A stretch of DNA of 64,000 bases from a bacterium (GCA_018223105.1 JAAEYY010000009.1:6827-70826), one strand, 5' to 3'; numbered from the stretch's first letter, positions 1 through 9,186 are shown. Numbers and translations: made by a program. Notes: generated by a model from the sequence alone, not told the origin.

Positions 1-2121
1 ACCCATTCCGGGAAATGCTTGTGATACTTCGTTCCAAAGTTTTGATTCACCCAAGTTCCAGCCTATGGTTTCTGCAGATTTTGCTGCAAACCCAAAAACT
101 GTATTAAACCCAAACCAGATATTAATTCCGAGCAAAATGAGCAACGCAGGGATGATTAAAAAGCTTTTCTTGTGGGCTAAACACCAATTTAAAATTTTAA
201 TATAATTTGCCTCAAGAAGTCTAAATAATGTTAGTATCGACCCCACTGCTAAAGCTACAAATAAGAAATTCAGTAGCAATGACTTGCTAGGCCCTAAAGG
301 CATCCAATATTCGGCCAATAGCCACAATACCGCAATGAGTGAAATTATGATATTGGCATTTTTTATTACAAAATGAGTGATCTTGTTTTGCTCGTCTATG
401 CGAGTAGAGTAATATCTGTTGATATAACCGAATAGACCAAACAAAATCAGAATGGTTCCTCCCCAAACCTGTCCAAAAAACAAACTCATTAACCCTATTA
501 AGATTACTAAGACAGAACCGTACTTATTTATAAATTTCGACTTAATATTAAAACCAAAAACCCAATGCGCTATGGTTGGTAATATAAGAAGTGCTACTAA
601 TAGTGCTGCTATAAGTGCAAATGTCTTAGTATATGCAAGTGGTCCAAATAACTTCCCTTCAGCAGCCTGCATGGTAAATACAGGAATAAAACTTACAATG
701 GTTGTGGATACCGCTGTAATAATAGCAGAAGATACTTCAGCAGCACCGTTATAAATTGTACTTAACAGGTTCTCTTTCGGGTCTGCCTCGTTTAAATGTT
801 TTACAATATTTTCAGAAAGTATGATCCCTAGGTCAACCATAGTACCAATAGCAATTGCAATTCCCGATAAAGCAACGATATTGGCGTCTACGTGAAAATA
901 TCGCATCGCTACAAAAACCAGAATAACAGCCAGAGGTAAGATACTCGTAACTAATATTGAAGCTCTAAGATTATAGATCATTACAATCACAACTAGAATT
1001 GTAATTAATATTTCCAATGACAAGGCTTCCTCTAAAGTTCCTAAGGTTTCATTAATTAATGAAGAACGATCGTAGAATGGAACAATGGTGAGTTGACTTA
1101 TCTCACCATTTGGAAGCACTTTTTTAGGTAACCCGGGTGCGATTTCCTTAATTTTTTCCTTTACATTTTGTATAACAGCCATTGGGTTTTCACCATATCT
1201 AGCTACTACAACCCCTCCTACTACTTCGGCGCCATCTTTGTCTAAAACACCTCTCCTATTTTGCGGACCTAAGGTGACTCTTGCCACATCTTTAATTCTG
1301 ATTGGAACATTGTTTTGTACTGCAACCACTGCTTCCTCTAGGTCTTCAAGTTTCTTAATGTACCCAATTCCTCTGACTAAATATTCAGCCTGATTTATTT
1401 CAATCGTTTTGGCTCCAACATCTTTATTTGATTTTCTCACTGCTATGGCAACCTTTTGCAATGGAATTTCATAAGCTTCAAGCGCCACCGGATCTACATC
1501 TACCTGGTATTCTTTGACAAAACCACCAATTGAAGCTACTTCAGAAACACCTTCCGTAGCATTAAGTCCGTATTTCACATAGAAATCCTGAACTGTGCGG
1601 ATCTCTTGTAGATCCCAGCCACCTGTAACATTACCTTGAGAATCTCTGCCTTCTATTGTGTACCAATACACTTGACCAAGGGCAGTTGCATCAGGACCTA
1701 AAGCTGGTTGCACTCCTTCCGGAAGAACTCCTTTGGGGATAGAATTTAATTTTTCCAAGATTCTAGATCTTGACCAATAAAACTCTACATCTTCAGAAAA
1801 AATGAGATAAATACTGGAAATCCCAAAGATAGAAGAACTTCGAACCGACTTTACACCGGGAATACCCAACAAATATGAAGTTAATGGATATGAAATTTGA
1901 TCTTCAATATCTTGGGGTGATCTCCCAGGCCATTCTGTAAAAACAATCTGCTGATTCTCACCTATATCCGGAATTGCGTCCACAGGTACTGGGTCCGATG
2001 GCAAAGCACCAATGTGCCAATTGAATGGCGCTGTGACCAATCCGCTTATTATTATGGCGCAGATTAGCAGTATTGTGACTAATTTATTTTCGAGGAAATA
2101 TTTTATTATTCTATTGATCAT
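1..2121 (-). CDS. CusA/CzcA-family heavy-metal efflux RND permease, N-terminal 707 codons (3' end lies beyond the window start)
   Basis: Absent from the ORF track because it runs off the edge. My own minus-strand translation from ATG at 2121-2119 reads MINRIIKYFLENKLVTILLICAIIISG...PVDAIPDIGENQQIVFTEWPGRSPQDIEDQISYPLT...ALGQVYWYTIEG...VKEYQVDVDP...VVARYGENP...IAIGTMVD with no stop down to base 1. These are hallmark CusA/CzcA motifs. Confidence 0.92.
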   Translation of the reverse strand, partial: MINRIIKYFLENKLVTILLICAIIISGLVTAPFNWHIGALPSDPVPVDAIPDIGENQQIVFTEWPGRSPQDIEDQISYPLTSYLLGIPGVKSVRSSSIFGISSIYLIFSEDVEFYWSRSRILEKLNSIPKGVLPEGVQPALGPDATALGQVYWYTIEGRDSQGNVTGGWDLQEIRTVQDFYVKYGLNATEGVSEVASIGGFVKEYQVDVDPVALEAYEIPLQKVAIAVRKSNKDVGAKTIEINQAEYLVRGIGYIKKLEDLEEAVVAVQNNVPIRIKDVARVTLGPQNRRGVLDKDGAEVVGGVVVARYGENPMAVIQNVKEKIKEIAPGLPKKVLPNGEISQLTIVPFYDRSSLINETLGTLEEALSLEILITILVVIVMIYNLRASILVTSILPLAVILVFVAMRYFHVDANIVALSGIAIAIGTMVDLGIILSENIVKHLNEADPKENLLSTIYNGAAEVSSAIITAVSTTIVSFIPVFTMQAAEGKLFGPLAYTKTFALIAALLVALLILPTIAHWVFGFNIKSKFINKYGSVLVILIGLMSLFFGQVWGGTILILFGLFGYINRYYSTRIDEQNKITHFVIKNANIIISLIAVLWLLAEYWMPLGPSKSLLLNFLFVALAVGSILTLFRLLEANYIKILNWCLAHKKSFLIIPALLILLGINIWFGFNTVFGFAAKSAETIGWNLGESKLWNEVSQAFPGMG

Positions 2122-2209
2122 AACATCTTACATGATTTGAATTAGTTTAGTGTAGCACTTTAGAAGTGTACATTGTGCTTATGCATTAGCACTCGGATGT
2201 TATAATCCT

Positions 2210-2623
2210 TTAAATTAGGAAAGTTTCATGCCACAGGTAGATCAGCCTGTTTGGGATCGGTGGCTTATATGATTGATAATTTCTAAGTGAAAACTCAGAA
2301 CAGATGATCTTAGATTCAGTGCTATTGCAGGTTAAAAAAGAATTACCTTGTTCTGAATATTTAAAATCTTTAACCGAGTTAAAGTCATTTTCGATACTAA
2401 TTTGAAGATATTGATTCTCACAACAGCTTTTCTTATGTAAGCCTTTACGTTCATCACTTCTACACTGAGACTCTTGTGAAAAGTCTCCACAGTTTACCTC
2501 GGTTTGTCCAATTGAAATATGACCTTGAACTAATTCACCCTGACAGTAATGACTTGCAAAAGTGATCCCTACATTGGTGGTAAGCATCAGTAATGCGATT
2601 ACTATGGCAAAAAAGTTCTTCAT
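2210..2623 (-). CDS. Small secreted Cys-rich protein of unknown function (resembles the RefSeq label HYC_CC_PP family; recalled from memory, unverified)
   Basis: 137-aa ORF with a signal peptide (MKNFFAIVIALLMLTTNVGITFA) followed by SHYC, SCC and KPPIP motifs. It lies 88 bp upstream of the RND permease start on the same strand. Confidence 0.6.
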   Translation of the reverse strand: MKNFFAIVIALLMLTTNVGITFASHYCQGELVQGHISIGQTEVNCGDFSQESQCRSDERKGLHKKSCCENQYLQISIENDFNSVKDFKYSEQGNSFLTCNSTESKIICSEFSLRNYQSYKPPIPNRLIYLWHETFLI

Positions 2624-2714
2624 TTATATCTCGTGATATTGTAACAAATATAAGATGATGAAATGGGTCTGAAGTTATATAATTTCGATTTTCATTTATA
2701 TGAATTTGACCATT

Positions 2715-3431
2715 TTAGAGAAAGTACAGCATTATTCCAGCCATTAGAACCATGCTAACATCTTCTATAATTGTGACCTGACTCATTGGTAAATTGAAGA
2801 CATCACCTAAGCAAGCACATTGAATCTTTCTCTTATCTAAATTACTCTTAATCACCCCAATGCTACTTACACCTAGAACAATAAATGTGATCAAATTAGT
2901 GATAAAAGGAAATGCATTTATTAAATATAGAATACCAAGTCCAAGCTCGACAAATGGATAAATATACCCCCAGACATTCCACCGGCCAGCAACAATGTCA
3001 TACATACGGTAAGATTGTACAAATCCTTCTAAATTTAGAAATTTAAAGAATGAAAAAACAATAAAGAATCCCGCCATAAAATAGCGCATCCAAGTCATGA
3101 AGGAAAAGGAATCAAACGGATATTGAATTAGTAGGGTTACCGTGAAAATAAATCCTATAATGAGCAATAACGGCTTGTAAGTTGTCCAAAAGCTGACGGA
3201 CTTTTCCAATTCAAGAGGTGCTACTTTGTTCAACACAGAATAATTTCCGGCTGCACTTAAAAACTTGTTTAGGAGATCTTCAGATACTTCATGATTACTC
3301 TCTATTTCCAATTCTTTCTTTTCAAGATATACTTGGGCAGATTTTATCTCAGGAATTTGATTTGCTGCTGCTTTGACTTTAGCGGCACATCCGCCACATG
3401 TCATGCCGTTTATTACATACTTTGTTTTCAT
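2715..3431 (-). CDS. Heavy-metal-associated (HMA) domain fused to a MauE/DoxX-like polytopic membrane domain
   Basis: MKTKYVINGMTCGGCAAKVK is the canonical GMTCxxC HMA motif. The C-terminal 150 aa or so are hydrophobic helices ending with a CAC pair. I prefer the ATG at 3431 over the TTG at 3443 used by the ORF track. Confidence 0.8.
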   Translation of the reverse strand: MKTKYVINGMTCGGCAAKVKAAANQIPEIKSAQVYLEKKELEIESNHEVSEDLLNKFLSAAGNYSVLNKVAPLELEKSVSFWTTYKPLLLIIGFIFTVTLLIQYPFDSFSFMTWMRYFMAGFFIVFSFFKFLNLEGFVQSYRMYDIVAGRWNVWGYIYPFVELGLGILYLINAFPFITNLITFIVLGVSSIGVIKSNLDKRKIQCACLGDVFNLPMSQVTIIEDVSMVLMAGIMLYFL

Positions 3432-3505
3432 ATTGTAGTGCAAACTTCAGTCGCATGGCAATCGAAAATGTTATACAATTTTGAAAAGCTTTTCTATTAT
3501 TTTGA

Positions 3506-4072
3506 CTAATGGCTGTCTAGTGATTTATGTCCGGGTTCGTGATTCTTTTTGAACTGAGTAGGTGTCATTCCCGTTTCCTTTTTAAATTGAGACGAAAGGT
3601 GAGCTACACTGCTATAGTTCATCTGATACGAGATTTCAGAAAGGGTCAATTCATCGTAGAATAAAAGTTCCTTTACTTTTTCTATTTTCTGAAACAAGAT
3701 AAAACGTTCAATGGTTATGCCTTCAACGCTTGAAAACAACCTGCTTATATAGCTATAATCATAATGCACCTTTTCACTTAAAAGAGTTGAGAAGTTGACG
3801 TTCTGAGAAGGTGTACTATAATGTATAGCATTTACGATTTCAGCTTTAATCTGACTAATAATTTTTGATTTATTGTCTTCAAGTATTTCAAATCCACGAG
3901 ATGCAAGTAGCTCTTGAAGCTTCTTTTTCTGACTTGAGTTTATCGGCTTAAGCGTGCGAACTTCACCGAGTTTAACATCTAAAATCTCAATTCCATTGGA
4001 TGTAAACACCTCTGAAACAGATGAAATACATCGAGGACATACCATGTTTTTTATATAGACAATTTCATTCAA
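3506..4072 (-). CDS. AraC-family transcriptional regulator with an N-terminal CxxC (HMA-like) domain
   Basis: The C-terminal HTH_18 signature (ITIERFILFQKIEKVKELL...LSEISYQMNYSSVAHLSSQFKKETGMTPTQFK) is typical of AraC/XylS regulators. The N-terminus reads IVYIKNMVCPRCISSV. The longest ORF starts at TTG 4072; an alternative ATG lies at 4045. Confidence 0.85.
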   Translation of the reverse strand: MNEIVYIKNMVCPRCISSVSEVFTSNGIEILDVKLGEVRTLKPINSSQKKKLQELLASRGFEILEDNKSKIISQIKAEIVNAIHYSTPSQNVNFSTLLSEKVHYDYSYISRLFSSVEGITIERFILFQKIEKVKELLFYDELTLSEISYQMNYSSVAHLSSQFKKETGMTPTQFKKNHEPGHKSLDSH

Positions 4073-4196
4073 TTTGATAGAAGCTGAGAATACAAAAGTA
4101 TATTGTAATTAGAAACCTTGAGTTCCTTGTAAGGGAATAATGATTTCAGTCAAATGATTAAAAGAATTAACTAAGGTTTCATAGCCATCTCACGCC

Positions 4197-6503
4197 CTAC
4201 CTCACCAACTCCACCATACCCCCAATTGATTGAGTTTCCCCATCAAAACTAGTGTATTTCATCACCCAGTAATACGTAGCTTCCGGAAGTTCCTTGCCAT
4301 TAGTAGTTCCATCCCAACCTACTGTCACACTACCATTTTTAAAGACACATTCACCCCATCTATTGTAAATATCAAAGCGAACATCTGTCGCACCGCTGAT
4401 ATCATAAGGCAAGAATAAATCATTCATTCCATCGCCATTTGGAGTAAAAATATTTGGAATATTGATTACCACTTCACAATCTGTATAAGAAACATCAATG
4501 GAATCAATAAACATCCCACATCGATTGGAATCTCGCAGAAAATAGCTACCCTCTTTTTGAACCAGTATTGTATCACTGCGATCCATCGTAGACCATAATG
4601 GGTTCCATGGCTTGTAACCATTGATGGCATATAGTTTCAAGAAACTTGCATCCTCCGAACTGCATAGAGTAGTATCCTGAGGTAGCTCAAAGAACGGAGG
4701 TAGCTCTTTTGTGTAAAATATTCTTACAGAATCATAAAAAACACCGCAAAGATTGGAATCGCGGAGCCAATACGTACCCGTATCTTTCACCATTATGGTA
4801 TCAGCATTTTCCTGTGTTGACCACATCATATTCCAACCGGTATAAGGATTGAGCGTATAAAGCTTCAAACCTTTGTTCAACTCTCCGGGACAAATACTTG
4901 AATCTGCCAATAGATCAAAAGACGGCCTTGATATATCCAGTCTCTTAACCTGAACAGTGTCTGTAAATGTCCCACAGAAATTAGAGTCTTTCATCCAATA
5001 CTCGCCAGGTTCATTTACCTTGATGGTGTCTGAAATTTCTCCGGTAGACCAGGTTGGGTTAATAGGGATATAATCTGATATTGGATATAACTGAAGGTTT
5101 TGTATAACAACATCCTTACAATAACTAGTATCTGCATTCAATTGGAAGTTGATCGTACCTATTTTACTTAAATACAAACTTACCGTATCTGCATATACAC
5201 CACATTGATTTGAATCTGACATCCAATAAAGCCCAATGTCATTCACGAGTATGGTATCCGAACGCTCCATTGTAGACCATTGTGGGTTCTGAGCAACATA
5301 AGCATTCAGCGGATAAAGCTTCAGATTGCGGATGCTATCACCTAAACATATGCTACTATCACTTTGTAAACTAAATTGTGGCAAGCTGTAATTATTGTAA
5401 AATACATGGATTGAGTCTCTGGCAACTCCACATACGTTTGAATCCTGTAACCAATAGATTCCGGTATCGTTCACTGTTATACTAGGTAATTTACTTCCCG
5501 TAGACCAGATTGGAGAATACGGTTGATACCCCTTAAGAGGCATTAAGTCTAAATTATCAATGGACCAATTCTGACAAAAACCGGTGTCTTCTGCTAAATC
5601 AAATTCAATAGAAGGAATGAGATCGACATTGAAACAAAATGTATCGATGGTATTAGCCCTGTAGACATAGTTGTAAATCGTATACTCCCCGGGATTTTCA
5701 AATTTGTGCTTATCGTTTATGGGCAGAATTCTAGACCAATTATCCATGGAATCTTGAATTGCCCAAACTATAGAATCATAGGAAGCATTTTCTGGAAATT
5801 TACTTTCCAGACTGATGGAATCATCCAAACACATACTACCCAAATCCTCGCACATAAGGGTATAGTAGATCTTTGCTTTAAAATAAGTACCATAGGGTCC
5901 ATTCACATTAGATGGGTGTATATATAGATAATTGGCCGCTTTGCTATTTCCTAAATCAGCCTTAAAACCTTCAATAGGGAATTGACCATAATGCACGGTA
6001 TCTATTGCATAAACACAAACCTCATTAAAAATGATGGAATCAATAAAATCATCACATAAGTAGATAAACTTAATACTATCAACTTTTGCATTAATCGGAA
6101 GTGAAACTTCCTTTCTGAGTGTCGCCAAGTTACACACTTTATTGACAGATGTGGTTTGACTAGAACTCGAAAAACATCTCCGTACATCTTGCCTAAGAAA
6201 GGGACCACATCTTAAATCATCTCTGTCCATACCGGGAAAACGATGACTGTACCGATCAAAAATGCTTTTCACATAATTACAAGCGCTAGTTCCACCCCAG
6301 GATCCATCAGACTGAAGAGATTCCCAGCCATTTTGCGCCGTATTAATTTCAATGCTATCTGTACTTAGCTGAGCTTTGGCATTCCAAGAAATCATCAAAA
6401 TCAGAAACAGAGTGAAGTTACCCAATATTGCAGATCGGAATTGGCGGAAACAGAAGGCTTCTTTAATTGATTTACGGGGGTAATATTTAAACGGTTTATA
6501 CAA
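4197..6503 (-). CDS. Secreted repeat protein with a T9SS type B (gliding-motility-associated) C-terminal sorting domain
   Basis: The C-terminal NIFTPNGDGMNDLFLP...YNRWGECVF...WDG...YYW matches the CHU_C/type B sorting domain. It has an N-terminal hydrophobic signal region and five tandem Cys-containing repeats of about 76 aa. The start appears to be TTG. Confidence 0.85.
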   Translation of the reverse strand: MYKPFKYYPRKSIKEAFCFRQFRSAILGNFTLFLILMISWNAKAQLSTDSIEINTAQNGWESLQSDGSWGGTSACNYVKSIFDRYSHRFPGMDRDDLRCGPFLRQDVRRCFSSSSQTTSVNKVCNLATLRKEVSLPINAKVDSIKFIYLCDDFIDSIIFNEVCVYAIDTVHYGQFPIEGFKADLGNSKAANYLYIHPSNVNGPYGTYFKAKIYYTLMCEDLGSMCLDDSISLESKFPENASYDSIVWAIQDSMDNWSRILPINDKHKFENPGEYTIYNYVYRANTIDTFCFNVDLIPSIEFDLAEDTGFCQNWSIDNLDLMPLKGYQPYSPIWSTGSKLPSITVNDTGIYWLQDSNVCGVARDSIHVFYNNYSLPQFSLQSDSSICLGDSIRNLKLYPLNAYVAQNPQWSTMERSDTILVNDIGLYWMSDSNQCGVYADTVSLYLSKIGTINFQLNADTSYCKDVVIQNLQLYPISDYIPINPTWSTGEISDTIKVNEPGEYWMKDSNFCGTFTDTVQVKRLDISRPSFDLLADSSICPGELNKGLKLYTLNPYTGWNMMWSTQENADTIMVKDTGTYWLRDSNLCGVFYDSVRIFYTKELPPFFELPQDTTLCSSEDASFLKLYAINGYKPWNPLWSTMDRSDTILVQKEGSYFLRDSNRCGMFIDSIDVSYTDCEVVINIPNIFTPNGDGMNDLFLPYDISGATDVRFDIYNRWGECVFKNGSVTVGWDGTTNGKELPEATYYWVMKYTSFDGETQSIGGMVELVR

Positions 6504-6700
6504 TGGAGCAAAAGAACTTTTAATCGGTCATGCCCTAAGTTACCCTTTATTCATCAAAACATCTGTAGAACCTAAGAACTTGTGACCTTTAGTTAACAAA
6601 CGGGATGAAACAGTTGATGGTTGTCTTGAACCTCTCTTATTGGTATTATAATCCTGAATTTTCAGATGCTCCCAATTATTTAAGTCATTACTTATATCCT

Positions 6701-7117
6701 TTATAATTTAGACAATGAACCTTTATGAATAAACAACATTCTAATTAAGAGGGGTACAATAACCAAGGCTAAAACAGCTACCCCCACCAACAACATCATA
6801 TTGGCACCCTTCCAATGTAAAACCTTAAAAAGCATACCCAAAATGGTGAGAGAAATAGCAAATGCCGAAAGGGAGTAAAAAACGTTCATCTTTAAGTTCG
6901 ATTGTACATTTTGGTCTTCTATCTCCTTTTGAAAGTCAAGTTCAAACACTGCCGACAGGGCCATAATGCTCTCATAATCCGGGTTTGCTCCTTTTTCAAT
7001 CCTTTGGATAGTTCGTACGCTTAATCCGCTGATTTCTGACAAGTGACTTTGCGACCAGTTTCTGTCTTTTCTTAATTCGCTTAGCTTCGCGATGGATACT
7101 TTATTTAATTCTTTCAT
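6701..7117 (-). CDS. XRE-family HTH protein fused to two C-terminal transmembrane helices
   Basis: LRKDRNWSQSHLSEISGLSVRTIQRIEKG is a classic HTH_3 motif. The C-terminal half (VFYSLSAFAISLTILGMLFKVLHWKGANMMLLVGVAVLALVIVPLLI) is membrane-spanning. Confidence 0.75.
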   Translation of the reverse strand: MKELNKVSIAKLSELRKDRNWSQSHLSEISGLSVRTIQRIEKGANPDYESIMALSAVFELDFQKEIEDQNVQSNLKMNVFYSLSAFAISLTILGMLFKVLHWKGANMMLLVGVAVLALVIVPLLIRMLFIHKGSLSKL

Positions 7118-7183
7118 CTTGAACCAAATTTAAGACAGATTGTAGGGAAGTATTACGACAATTTGGCGACAGCTGATTGTTTT

Positions 7184-7765
7184 TCAATCCAAACTATCCA
7201 ATTGAGCTTGAGAAATTACCGGTTTCCAATGTGGGTCTTTGGAATATCGAAGATTATCGTATTTATAAACTTCAGGCCCATTTAGCGTGAATTCATCATC
7301 CTCAAAATAAGAGAAGTCCAGCTGCTCCTCCCTTATAAACTCCTTCATATTGGAGTATTCATAGTCCAACATCTCCTCTTCAGTTAAACTAAGCTCACAG
7401 ACTTCACATTCCGCGCCTTCTTTGGGAAGTGCTTTATAACCACAAATGATGCAAGTCATGAGATTTCTTTTATCAGACTCAGTCCTGGATGATGAATAAA
7501 TCAGAATTCCAAAACAAGAAGAAACCACAAATACAGCTGTAAGAATTTTAGTCAGATTAGATTTTTTATTGGATAAGTAAAACGCTAAACCGCCAATTAA
7601 ACCACCTATTAAACCTCCCATTACAGCATATTGCATCCCTTTCTCAAAAATACTTTGCACTACTTCCGGCCCTACAATTATCGGAGTGATCATCATAACC
7701 GGGATAATGATAGAATCCAGTTTACTTTTCTTTTGCTCCATCACTTGCGAATATAATTTCTTCAC
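7184..7765 (-). CDS. Hypothetical membrane protein with a CxxC...CxxC zinc-ribbon-like motif
   Basis: 193-aa ORF with three hydrophobic segments, then CIICGY...ECEVCEL and an acidic tail. The start is GTG at 7765 or ATG at 7741. Confidence 0.5.
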   Translation of the reverse strand: MKKLYSQVMEQKKSKLDSIIIPVMMITPIIVGPEVVQSIFEKGMQYAVMGGLIGGLIGGLAFYLSNKKSNLTKILTAVFVVSSCFGILIYSSSRTESDKRNLMTCIICGYKALPKEGAECEVCELSLTEEEMLDYEYSNMKEFIREEQLDFSYFEDDEFTLNGPEVYKYDNLRYSKDPHWKPVISQAQLDSLD

Positions 7766-7817
7766 AATCGCAATTTCAAATGCTGAATTAATGTCGCTCT
7801 AGTCTCGACTCCAATCA

Positions 7818-7847
7818 ATATTAGGGTCTCTCGCAGAGGACCCTAAT
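7818..7847. repeat. 30-nt hairpin-capable core element, inverted copy (ATATTAGGGTCTCTCGCAGAGGACCCTAAT)
   Basis: It is the reverse complement, with 3 mismatches, of the cores at 8073-8102 and 8301-8330. ATTAGGGTC and GACCCTAAT form a 9-bp stem. Confidence 0.85.
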
Positions 7848-7916
7848 TTAAGAATCAATGATGGATCTGCTCCATACCTCAATCAGTGACGATGTTAAAC
7901 GCTGTCACGGCAACTT

Positions 7917-8444
7917 ACTAAAACCATTCGTCACTCTACACTCGTACTTCGAAACCAAAAAAGACCTTAACTGTGTTTACATGTCGAATCGGCCCCATAC
8001 ATGATAAATACGACTTTTCAATGTAACCCGACTTTTAACAAATACTCTGGCAGGCGCATCACTACTTCTCTTATCAAGGTCCTCTGCGAGAGACCCTGAT
8101 ATAGGATTCAGGTAAAATTCGTTTATCCTCAATTCTAAATCGACACTAAAACCATTCGTCACTCTACACTCGTACTTCGAAACTAAAAAAGACCTTAACT
8201 GTGTTTACATGTCGGATCGGCCCCATACATGATAATTGCGACTTTTCAATGTGACCCGACTTTTAACGAGTACTCTGGTAAGCGCATCTATACTCGTCTA
8301 ATCAAGGACCTCTGCGAGAGACCCTGATATAGTATTCAGGTAAAATTCGATTCTCTCCAATCCTAAATCGTGACTAAAAACATTCGTCATTCTACACTCG
8401 TAAATCGACACTGAATTCATTCGTCACTCTACATTCGTAAATCG
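7917..8444. repeat. 228-bp tandem direct repeat, two full units (7917-8144, 8145-8372) plus a partial third
   Basis: Units start with ACTAAAACCATTCGTCACTCTACACTCGTA at 7917 and 8145, and with a diverged copy at 8373. Hand alignment of units 1 and 2 gives roughly 90 percent identity. The repeat lies in a 775-bp divergent intergenic region. Confidence 0.9.
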
Positions 8445-8540
8445 TAATTAAAAGTGACGAATTACGAGTGTCGAATATTGACGTCGAAACTTGCAACCAA
8501 ATACAGTAGTAAGTTAAAAAAATATATACATTGCCCCACC

Positions 8541-8909
8541 ATGAAAGTCCTACCACTAGCTCTAGCACTTTTAGCTCTAATATCATGTTCCAAGCAACAC
8601 GGTCCGCATGATGGCACCTATGTCACCAAAATAAAGATCAATAATTCTGCTCAGCTTTATATCATTGAAGATAGCAGTGCTGAATGGTACACATTTAACG
8701 AAATGACCGGAGTTGTGAAATTTGATGCTCCTTGTATCCAGTATGCTGATAGTATTGTATTTCCGGAAAACGGAGGGGTTTTCAAACCTATTGAAGAAGG
8801 TCTAGTGAATCAATCCGGGATTAAACTTCACCTATACTCCCGTACTACAGGCTACAGTAAAAAAGAAATTGAACGATTGCTCTTAAAGCTTAATGAAACT
8901 ATAGAATAA
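8541..8909 (+). CDS. Hypothetical lipoprotein
   Basis: From the internal ATG at 8541 the product starts MKVLPLALALLALISCSKQ, a signal peptide with a lipobox Cys. The upstream part of the tracked ORF lies inside the repeat region. Confidence 0.6.
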   Translation: MKVLPLALALLALISCSKQHGPHDGTYVTKIKINNSAQLYIIEDSSAEWYTFNEMTGVVKFDAPCIQYADSIVFPENGGVFKPIEEGLVNQSGIKLHLYSRTTGYSKKEIERLLLKLNETIE

Positions 8910-8911
8910 CA

Positions 8912-9118
8912 TCAAACACGGTCACTTTGGCGCATGGAGACTGGATTATCCTGGTGAATGACATCAAACTTATTTTCTCGGTTTTGAAACCAACTGCATC
9001 GCACAAATCCGGTGAAGGTATCGCCGACATAAATCTGCTTTTCAATGGTCATAATACCTCCTTCGCCTAGCCAATGCTGCACCATTTCGCCTTGAACAAA
9101 TTTTTCTGAGTATGCCAT
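8912..9118 (-). CDS. Small DUF2158-like protein (assignment tentative)
   Basis: 68-aa ORF. The pattern GEMVQH...GG.MT.....C.WF......F resembles the DUF2158 small-protein family. Confidence 0.45.
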   Translation of the reverse strand: MAYSEKFVQGEMVQHWLGEGGIMTIEKQIYVGDTFTGFVRCSWFQNRENKFDVIHQDNPVSMRQSDRV

Positions 9119-9186
9119 GGATTTAATTGCAATAAGGCAAAATAATGTATTCCAGAAATTAAGAGCTCATTACTAATGAGTTAAGC

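Noticed and set aside
452-754. 100-aa plus-strand ORF
   Set aside because: It lies entirely antisense within the strongly supported CusA/CzcA coding region. Its composition looks like a shadow ORF.
7917-8444. Possible CRISPR array
   Set aside because: The repeat unit is 228 bp and the units are contiguous with no unique spacers. No cas genes are nearby.
7977-8586. Minus-strand ORFs 7977-8162 and 8392-8586 in the repeat region
   Set aside because: They are created by the 228-bp repeat itself. I see no convincing start context and no recognisable protein features, and the frame is not preserved between repeat units.
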